The position numbers were made by a program, and so were the translations under genes. A stretch of DNA of 14,051 bases from an uncultured bacterium. GTDB taxonomy: Bacteria > Lernaellota > Lernaellaia > Lernaellales > Lernaellaceae. Where the stretch lies: NCBI GenBank assembly GCA_964534375.1, contig CAZHPN010000160.1:1-14051 (forward strand), given 5' to 3'. Under the pieces are notes generated by a model. That model was not told the DNA's origin. It was given only the letters and a program-made list of their open reading frames with translations, and did not search any database. Below, piece by piece: positions 6,989 to 14,051 of this stretch. Numbering within the stretch: the first letter of the stretch is position 1; each line of letters opens with the position of its first letter.

Positions 6989-7017
6989 TTGTCCGACTCG
7001 GCCCGCCGTGGTAGCCT
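6989..7017 (+). promoter_or_regulatory. Putative sigma70 promoter of the defence operon
   Basis: TTGTCC-N17-TAGCCT with an extended -10 TG at 7009-7010. Confidence 0.4.
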
Positions 7018-7133
7018 ACGTCCTCAACAGTGAGAATGGTTTTGGGCGGCGGGATCGAACCCGTTGTTCGCTCTGCGCCGCACCAAACAACGCCGAAGTG
7101 CTTGTGCTGTTCGATGGAGAGGTGGGGGTTGAG

Positions 7134-10100
7134 TTGAGCGTTGCCGGATCGGTCGAGAAGTTCGTCGCTCGGTGGTCAGCGTCGAGCGCGCATGAACGCC
7201 GCCACAAGGATCAGTTTTTCCTCGAACTGTGTGACGCATTGGGCGTCGAGCGGCCCGATCCGAAGGACAAGACCGGCGACTACTGCTTCGAGCGCGCGGT
7301 GTCCATCGACATGCCCGACGGCCGCACGTCCACCGGCTTCGTCGATTTCTACCGGCGCGGTTCGTTCGTTTGCGAGGCCAAGCAGGGCTCAGAAGCGGGC
7401 GACGACGTGGTCGGCACGGCCCGACGCGGCACGGAGTTGTGGAACAAGGCCATGCGCGCCGCCTACGGCCAGGCGTTGCGCTACGCCGCGTATTTACGCG
7501 AGGGCAAGCCGCCGTTCCTTGTCACCTGCGACATCGGCAACTGCTTTGAGGTTTGGACCGGGTTCAACGGCGACTACGGCGGTTACGGCGCGCGCCGCAC
7601 AATCGAGCTTGCGCAACTCGCCGACCCTGCCGTGGCCGATTTTTTTGTCAAAGTTTTCACCGATCCGCTCGACCTCGATCCCGCCCGCCATGCGCAACGG
7701 GTCACGCGCGAAGTGGCCAGGCACTTGGCCGAGCTTGGACGCAACCTGGAAAAAAGCGGGCACGATCCGGAACTGACTGCGCAGTTCTTGATGCGCTGCC
7801 TGTTCACGATGTTTTGCGAGGACGTCGGCCTTCTGCCGAAGAAGCTCTTTTCGCGCGCCGTCGAAGAACGTTGGCTTCCCGATCCGCATCGGTTTCCCCA
7901 TGAGGTGCAGCAACTTTGGAAAGCAATGAACGACGGCCTGCCGTTTGGCTTCGAGGAGAAGCTTCTGCGTTTCAACGGCGGCCTGTTCGCGCGCACGCAA
8001 TCGCTTCCAATGACGGCCGATCAACTGCGGCTCCTGCTGGAAGCGGCGAAGTTTGACTGGTCAACAGTCGAACCGTCGATATTCGGCACGCTGCTCGAAC
8101 GTGCCCTTGACCCGAGTGAGCGTCAAAAGCTGGGCGCGCATTTCACTCCGCGCGAGTACATCGAAAGGTTGGTTCGGCCCGCCGTCATCGAGCCGTTGCG
8201 CGCCGAATGGGAGATCGCGCAGGCTCAGGCGCGGCAGATTCTCGACAAGGGTGATGCCGAGCCCACGGCCGACGACCGGAAGAAGGCGGCCGACGCGATT
8301 CGCGCCTTTCATGACCGGCTCGTCCATGTCCGGGTGCTCGATCCGGCGTGCGGCAGCGGTAACTTCCTTTTCGTCACGCTTGACCTCTTCAAGCAGATCG
8401 AGGCCGAGGTGCTGCGCGAATTGGCCGACCTGGGCGTCACACAGGCCGCCTTCGAGTTGGAAGGCATCATGGTGAACCCCGGCCAATTCCTCGGCATCGA
8501 GATCAACCCGCGCGCTCGCGAGATCGCCGACCTCGTTTTATGGATTGGCTACTTGCAATGGTATCGCCGCGTGCATGGCGATTTGAAACCGGTCGAGCCA
8601 GTGCTGCGCGAGTACCGCAACATCGTCTGCCGCGACGCCGTGCTCGTTTACGACGAAATGCGCCCGCGTCTTGGGGATGACGGCAAGGCGATCACGACAT
8701 GGGATCAACGCACCTTCAAAACCCACCCGATCACTGGCAAGGACGTGCCCGACGAGGACGCCCGAGTGCCGGTGTTCGACTACGTGAACGCCCGTCCGGC
8801 CGAGTGGCCGGATGCCGATTACATCGTGTCGAACCCGCCGTTCATCGGAAACAAAATGATGCGGGCCGCTTTGGGTGATGGTTATGTGGAAGCCCTGCGC
8901 GCTGCCTACCCCAAGGTCACGAGGACAGCCGACTTGGTGATGTACTGGTGGGATAAGGCTGCGCGTCTTGTGTGCGCTCGCAAGTTGAAACGGTTTGGCT
9001 TTATAACGACAAACAGCATCACACAGGTGTTCAACCGCATGGTTGTTGAACCGCACCTAACCACAAAGGACAATCCACTGTCCATCGCTTGGGCGATTCC
9101 CGATCACCCATGGGTGGACGCCGGGGCCGACGTGCGAATAGCGATGACAGTTGGCCTTGCAGCCGAAATATTCGCTCGCCAAGCGGTGTTGGGTTTGGTG
9201 ACCTTCGAGGAACGCGAGCAGTTCAAGGAGCCGCAGGCCCGGCGCGCCGAGATAGCTTTTCGGCCCGTGCCGCGCATCCATGCTGATCTATCCGGCGGCG
9301 TGGATGTGGCGGGAGCGGCAAGGCTTCTGGCGAACGAAGGTCTGGGTTTCATGGGCGTGACGCCGGTTGGCAAGGGTTTTCTCATTTCGCGCGAGGACGC
9401 CATACGACTGGGCCTCGGAGTCGTGCCCGGCTTGGAACCTCACCTTCGACCATTTCGCAACGGTCGCGACCTTATGGATGTTCCCCGCGATGTGCTCGCC
9501 ATCGACCTGTTCGGGCTGGACGCCGACACCGTTCGTGACCGTTTCCCGTCGCTGTTCCAATGGGTCTATGACCGCGTAAAGCCCGAGCGGGATCAAAACA
9601 ACCGCCCGAGCTATCGGGAAAAGTGGTGGCTTTTCGCCGAGCCGAGGCCCGACCTCCGCACTGCCATCGCGAACCTCGACCAATACATCGTCACCTGCCG
9701 CACTGCGAAGCACCGAACCTTTCTCTTTTTGGCGGCGAACACTTTGCCGGATTCCAAGGTCGTAGCCGTTGCCCTGGCGGATGCCTTCCACCTCGGAGTG
9801 CTGTTGTCGCGCGTCCACGTGGCCTGGGCAATAGCTACGGGGGCTTGGCTCGGCGTCGGCAACGACTCGAACTACAACCACTCCGACTGCTTCGGGAAGT
9901 TCCCGTTCCCCGATCCGTCCGATAATCTGAAGGCGCGCATCCGCGATGTTGGTCAGCGACTCGATACCCACCGCAAGCGCGTACAGGCCGACCATCCCGA
10001 CGCGACGTTGACGGGCATGTACAACGCACTGGCGCGGCTGCGCGAGATCGAGCGCGAGGGCGGCCCGGCGTTGACCGAGAAGGAACGTGTGTTCCACGAA

Positions 10101-10598
10101 AAGGCCCTGATCGGCGTACTCAAGCAGCTTCACAACGAACTCGACGCCGCCGTTGCCGCAGCCTACGGCTGGCCCGTCGATCTCCCCGACGAGGAAATCC
10201 TCGCGCGACTTGTCGCACTCAACCACGAACGCACCGAGGAGGAGATGCGCGGCATTGTTCGCTGGCTCCGGCCCGAGTTCCAGAATCCCACCGGCCGGGC
10301 GACCGCTGTTCAACCCCAGCTTGACGGACTGACCGTTCCGGAAAAAGTCGCCTTGGCAACAGGACCACAGCCCTGGCCGAAAAACGTGCCCGACCAACTC
10401 AAGGCGATCCGCGACCTCCTGGCGTCCAGCGCACGCTCCTGGTCTGTCGATCAGGTCGCCGCCGCGTTCGTGGGCGCGCGAAGGGCAGCGGTTGAACGCC
10501 ACCTACGGACGCTGGAAAACCTCGGCATCTTGATCTCATCTGCCGACGGCGACACGACGAAATGGGGCTTGGTCGGCCAGGCGTCAAGGAATGCGTGA
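7134..10598 (+). CDS. MmeI-like type IIL/IIG fused restriction endonuclease - N6-adenine DNA methyltransferase
   Basis: N-terminal FVARW...FFLELCDALGV...FER...GFVDFYRRGSFVCEAKQ (PD-(D/E)xK nuclease), LGAHFTP (motif X), VLDPACGSGNFL (motif I), IVSNPPF (motif IV), target-recognition region and C-terminal ILARLVALN...VRWLRPEFQNP. Likely start TTG 7134 or GTG 7122 (ORF is open from 7008). Confidence 0.93.
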   Translation: MSVAGSVEKFVARWSASSAHERRHKDQFFLELCDALGVERPDPKDKTGDYCFERAVSIDMPDGRTSTGFVDFYRRGSFVCEAKQGSEAGDDVVGTARRGTELWNKAMRAAYGQALRYAAYLREGKPPFLVTCDIGNCFEVWTGFNGDYGGYGARRTIELAQLADPAVADFFVKVFTDPLDLDPARHAQRVTREVARHLAELGRNLEKSGHDPELTAQFLMRCLFTMFCEDVGLLPKKLFSRAVEERWLPDPHRFPHEVQQLWKAMNDGLPFGFEEKLLRFNGGLFARTQSLPMTADQLRLLLEAAKFDWSTVEPSIFGTLLERALDPSERQKLGAHFTPREYIERLVRPAVIEPLRAEWEIAQAQARQILDKGDAEPTADDRKKAADAIRAFHDRLVHVRVLDPACGSGNFLFVTLDLFKQIEAEVLRELADLGVTQAAFELEGIMVNPGQFLGIEINPRAREIADLVLWIGYLQWYRRVHGDLKPVEPVLREYRNIVCRDAVLVYDEMRPRLGDDGKAITTWDQRTFKTHPITGKDVPDEDARVPVFDYVNARPAEWPDADYIVSNPPFIGNKMMRAALGDGYVEALRAAYPKVTRTADLVMYWWDKAARLVCARKLKRFGFITTNSITQVFNRMVVEPHLTTKDNPLSIAWAIPDHPWVDAGADVRIAMTVGLAAEIFARQAVLGLVTFEEREQFKEPQARRAEIAFRPVPRIHADLSGGVDVAGAARLLANEGLGFMGVTPVGKGFLISREDAIRLGLGVVPGLEPHLRPFRNGRDLMDVPRDVLAIDLFGLDADTVRDRFPSLFQWVYDRVKPERDQNNRPSYREKWWLFAEPRPDLRTAIANLDQYIVTCRTAKHRTFLFLAANTLPDSKVVAVALADAFHLGVLLSRVHVAWAIATGAWLGVGNDSNYNHSDCFGKFPFPDPSDNLKARIRDVGQRLDTHRKRVQADHPDATLTGMYNALARLREIEREGGPALTEKERVFHEKALIGVLKQLHNELDAAVAAAYGWPVDLPDEEILARLVALNHERTEEEMRGIVRWLRPEFQNPTGRATAVQPQLDGLTVPEKVALATGPQPWPKNVPDQLKAIRDLLASSARSWSVDQVAAAFVGARRAAVERHLRTLENLGILISSADGDTTKWGLVGQASRNA

Positions 10599-11620
10599 AA
10601 ATGGATCGTGAAGCCTTCAGGTTCAATCTGAGAAAATTGATAGAGAAGGCAAAGAGCCTACCTATCAAGGCCGAAGGGATCACGATCTCGCTGCCCTTCG
10701 TGTCGATCAGGGCGAAGCCTGACCGCGTCGAACGGGACGTGGCGCGAGAGGTGGTCATCAGGCTCGCAGATAAGCGCGTCCTGAATGCTTGGGAGTGCTG
10801 CGACGGGTGCGTGAAGAACGCGATGGACTCAATCCAGGAAATCAGGAGCTTCTTGGTGGAGATGGAGGTGAAGCTCAAGGACAACACTTCTTCCGCGCTT
10901 TACCTCTTGATCGAGTTCATGCTTGAGGGCGTCAGGCAGTTCCTCACGTTCACGGAGAGCCTCGGAGAACGGCATGACCGCACGGATTATTTCGGCGCCC
11001 TCAAGGTGCTTCGACCTCATTTATTCCGGTGCCTCTCGCAGATCGCCGTTGTGGCCGACATGGAAATCCCCCAAATTCCGGCCCACATGCGCTACGATTT
11101 GGCTTGGGAAGAACAGTTCTACTTGATGAGCAAGGATCGGGAGATGCCACGAACCAAAGAACTTCCAAGCAACGTCATTCCGTTCAACTCCTCGGCCCGC
11201 AAGAAAAGCGTTCGGATCACGGGAGACCAGAATATCGTTGCAGATGGTGATGTTCATATCGAGGGCGGCATCCACGTGAAGTACGCCAAAGGTCGGGGGA
11301 AAAAACATCCGCCAACCGTGATCCCCGGAACCGTCGCCACAGATGCTCGAAAAGTTGGCTATCTGGAACATCTCGTCAGGCGTTATAACGAGTTCAAGGA
11401 GAGCGAGAGCAAACGTAGCGGCGAAAAGATGAACTCCGCAATGATTCGCGTCGCCTACGAACGCGAGATCAAATATCGAGTAAAGGAAACCCCGCTCGAA
11501 CTCTTTGAGGAAGCCGTCGCCTTTCTTCAACATCGGATTGCGAACACGATAGTCGGCCGCAACTTGCGTAGTCGGGGGCAACCGTTGTTCTCGTCCTTCG
11601 AGGAGTTCGACCAAAAATGA
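10595..11620 (+). CDS. Two-part hypothetical protein (N-half DUF6650-like; C-half small helical domain)
   Basis: GTGA overlap with the RM gene (alternative start ATG 10601) and ATGA overlap with the next gene. The N-half GITISLPF...ERDVAREVVIRLADKRVL...SIQEIRSFL resembles DUF6650 from memory. Confidence 0.75.
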   Translation: MKMDREAFRFNLRKLIEKAKSLPIKAEGITISLPFVSIRAKPDRVERDVAREVVIRLADKRVLNAWECCDGCVKNAMDSIQEIRSFLVEMEVKLKDNTSSALYLLIEFMLEGVRQFLTFTESLGERHDRTDYFGALKVLRPHLFRCLSQIAVVADMEIPQIPAHMRYDLAWEEQFYLMSKDREMPRTKELPSNVIPFNSSARKKSVRITGDQNIVADGDVHIEGGIHVKYAKGRGKKHPPTVIPGTVATDARKVGYLEHLVRRYNEFKESESKRSGEKMNSAMIRVAYEREIKYRVKETPLELFEEAVAFLQHRIANTIVGRNLRSRGQPLFSSFEEFDQK

Positions 11621-13383
11621 TGCGTATCGTTCTCGATATGAATGGCATTATCGGAACGCTGGAAGCGGAGAGCGACGCTTGGGTGCGACTGCTTCGAGCC
11701 GGTATCACTCACCAGGTTGACCTGCGGGTCACGGAAACCGCGACGCACGAAGCGGCTGACGATCCCGATTCTACCCGCCGCGCCCGCCGGATGCGACAGG
11801 TCGGGGGTTTTCCGTTGATCCTCGATAGCCCTTCCACGACGGTCAACCAGCTTGCCAATGACATCTACAATCTCATTTTCGGAACTCGGAGCCCCACGGC
11901 CCGCTCGCGGCCGAACCGGGAGGCGGACGCTCGGCACGTTGCCGAATCCATCGTCGGCGGCGCCGATGTCTTTGTGACTCTGGATCAAGAAATCCTCGAT
12001 GCGAGCGACCGCGTGCAGCAGCGACACGGACTCAAAGTGAGGGCGCCCGATGCCGCTCTCGCCGAAATTTCTGTTCCGGCGCCAGTCGCGGGCGCGCTGC
12101 CACTGCCCAACGTCTTGATTCGTTATGCGAAGGCCGAAGAGTTTACGGCAGCACGCGCGCTCGTCGAACCGATCTCGAAGATTTACCCGGATTTTGACAA
12201 CTGGTTCCGGAAAATCTGGGAGAACCACGCCGCGCAACGCAAAGTGGCCACGGTCGATGACCGACTCGCAGCCGTTGCCATATCGAAGAACAAGAGTGCC
12301 GATGGCGCCGTCGTGAAGCTAAGCACCTTCTTCGTCGGCGACGCTGACCGCGACAACGGCGTCGGTCAACATTTGTTGTTCCACGAAATCAGAACGTGGG
12401 CGCAGCGACGTGTCCGCAAGGCGATGGTCACGGTTTCGTCAAAAGAGCGCGAACTGGTGGACTTCTTCCGGTCCTTTGGTTTCCTCGTCGAAGGGGTTTC
12501 GCCCCGTCGATACGATGAAGAGTCCACGGAGATCATCCTGGCGCGGCATTTTCTCTACGGCGAATACGACAAAGCACGGATGCCTGAGTTAGCGCGCCAT
12601 TTGGCTATGGTTTTGGGATGTACGGTGGCCGACGATAATGGGCTGGAAGGCGTGACCGGAACCCCGACAGTGCCTGTCGTCGAAGCACCGGAACCGGCTC
12701 AGTTCAATCCAGTCCGCATCTGCTTTGCGAGGCGATCATGTACGGATGTGGCTTCGCCCGATGACAAGAACGGGCAGACGGTGCTCTCAATCGGGTGGAG
12801 GGATGGAAAGCAGGAGCACCAGGTCGCTTGGAACGAATTGGACATTGAAACCAAGTTGTATCCCCTTCGCTTGCGTTTCGATGACCGGGATACGTTCATC
12901 ATCCCTATCCGAATCCATTGGGCAAAAGCCCTGTTCGAGTGGAGAGAACCCCAACTCGCACTTTTCGGGCCGGACGCCGACAAACGGTTCCTGCGGGTGG
13001 ACAACGTCTACTACTTCAGGCCCAAACACGTTGGGCGGTTGCGACGTGGGTCACCGGTCTTGTTCTACGTTACCGACTCGCCCCGCCAAGCCATCGGGAT
13101 CGTCGGCAGCGCGCTCGTTGAGTCAGCCGATGTGGATGACCCAGAATCGCTGTTCGTTCGCTACGGCGACCTCGGCATATACGCTCCCGCCGACATCCAA
13201 GGGCACGTCGATGCAAATGGTCATGCCATGGCTGTCCGGTTCACTTGGTTTGAAGCGTTCGAGAAAACGGTTCCTTTGGATCAGGTCAAACGCCGCGTGC
13301 CGAATTTCAATCCTATCTCGACCTTTCGCATCTCGTACCAAGCTTATAACGATTTACGAAAGGACGGAGGTTCGACAACTTGA
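11617..13383 (+). CDS. PIN - GNAT acetyltransferase - EVE/PUA-like multidomain protein
   Basis: PIN: IVLDMN, HE, DARHV, FVTLD. GNAT: YPDFDNWF, VKLSTFFV, RDNGVGQHLL, FFRSFGF. C-terminal IIPIR..WAKALF...NVYY...GSPVLFYVT...IVGSALV is PUA/EVE-like. GAGGAG RBS. Confidence 0.88.
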   Translation: MMRIVLDMNGIIGTLEAESDAWVRLLRAGITHQVDLRVTETATHEAADDPDSTRRARRMRQVGGFPLILDSPSTTVNQLANDIYNLIFGTRSPTARSRPNREADARHVAESIVGGADVFVTLDQEILDASDRVQQRHGLKVRAPDAALAEISVPAPVAGALPLPNVLIRYAKAEEFTAARALVEPISKIYPDFDNWFRKIWENHAAQRKVATVDDRLAAVAISKNKSADGAVVKLSTFFVGDADRDNGVGQHLLFHEIRTWAQRRVRKAMVTVSSKERELVDFFRSFGFLVEGVSPRRYDEESTEIILARHFLYGEYDKARMPELARHLAMVLGCTVADDNGLEGVTGTPTVPVVEAPEPAQFNPVRICFARRSCTDVASPDDKNGQTVLSIGWRDGKQEHQVAWNELDIETKLYPLRLRFDDRDTFIIPIRIHWAKALFEWREPQLALFGPDADKRFLRVDNVYYFRPKHVGRLRRGSPVLFYVTDSPRQAIGIVGSALVESADVDDPESLFVRYGDLGIYAPADIQGHVDANGHAMAVRFTWFEAFEKTVPLDQVKRRVPNFNPISTFRISYQAYNDLRKDGGSTT

Positions 13384-13844
13384 AAGTGCTCTTGATCTCG
13401 ATCCGCCCCCAGTACGCCGAAAAAATTCTCTCGGGCGAGAAGACAATAGAGTTCCGTCGCGTCCGTCCGAACGTGCAAGCAGGCGACCTCTGCCTTATGT
13501 ATGCGTCGGGCGCGCAACGCGCGCTGGTTGGCGCGTTCACGGTGGGAGGCGTGGTCGCAACGACGGCTTCCAGCATGTGGCGGAAGTGGCGTCGTCAGTC
13601 CGGTACCGACCGAGCTTCATTCATGAGCTATTTCGACGGTACGGAGATCGCCTACGGGCTCTTGGTCCAGTGTTCGGAACCGCTGGGTGTCGATATTCCG
13701 CTCGAAGGTCTGCGGACGCTGTGGCCGGGGTTCCACCCGCCTCAGTCGTTCCGCTTCCTGGATTCGGATGAAGCCCTTCATCGCGTTCTTCTCCGTCGCG
13801 TATTCCGCGATCTTGACGGTCGAATTCCTCACCCGTCACTCTGA
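13380..13844 (+). CDS. ASCH domain protein
   Basis: LISIRPQYAEKILSGEKTIEFRR (GxKxxExR motif) and PPQSFRFL. GGAGG RBS and TTGA overlap with the previous gene. Confidence 0.92.
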   Translation: MKVLLISIRPQYAEKILSGEKTIEFRRVRPNVQAGDLCLMYASGAQRALVGAFTVGGVVATTASSMWRKWRRQSGTDRASFMSYFDGTEIAYGLLVQCSEPLGVDIPLEGLRTLWPGFHPPQSFRFLDSDEALHRVLLRRVFRDLDGRIPHPSL

Positions 13845-14051
13845 TTTTTTTTCAGGCCGAAACGCACCTTCGACAGGACTCGCCTTGAAAACAGGTCTCC
13901 AACGGGCAATAATATCCGCAGCATCGACGTGAAGTGAAAACTCTCTGCTTCTTCGGAAGCTGGCGGACTTGTCACCCGCGAACGAGGGTTCGAGCGGACC
14001 GTGATGCGAAAACCGCCTAGCACGACGCCACCCACATGCGCCGTGCCGACA

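Larger units (their letters stand above)
3566..14051 (+). mobile_element. tRNA-Val-targeting integrative element / satellite-like island with defence cargo (right end not in window)
   Basis: att core, int, xis, Rep-like gene with origin, then RM and PIN-GNAT/ASCH cargo. No second copy of the tRNA fragment was seen in the window. Confidence 0.75.

Noticed and set aside
7008..7133. N-terminal extension of the RM enzyme
   Set aside because: MmeI-like similarity starts near VEKFVARW, the GTG at 7008 overlaps a promoter-like sequence, and a better RBS lies near 7117-7128.
9288..10502. 404-aa - strand ORF and other antisense ORFs within int, the RM gene and the PIN-GNAT gene
   Set aside because: These are shadow frames of GC-rich coding sequence with no motifs.
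13829..14051. 3' end of a convergent - strand gene
   Set aside because: Two - strand frames are open to the window edge and neither is recognisable, so no call can be supported.

Overview
This is a GC-rich bacterial mobile-element region organised around a 3' half of a tRNA-Val(TAC) gene (3566-3607), which looks like an att core. To its right, all on the + strand, lie a tyrosine integrase, an HTH excisionase, a small ORF and a winged-helix Rep-like protein with internal iterons. These are followed by a translationally coupled four-gene defence-like operon: an MmeI-like type IIL restriction-modification enzyme, a two-part hypothetical protein, a PIN-GNAT-EVE/PUA fusion and an ASCH protein. To its left, on the - strand, is a mirror-image module: excisionase, tiny ORF, a clear paralogue of the Rep-like protein (23/49 identities in a gapless block), a different iteron set with an AT-rich palindrome, then a possible terminase-small-subunit-like gene. 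The best reading is two related integrative or satellite-like elements in tandem at one tRNA target, or an attP-like junction of one element with two replicons. Family calls are from motif recognition by eye; no searches were run.
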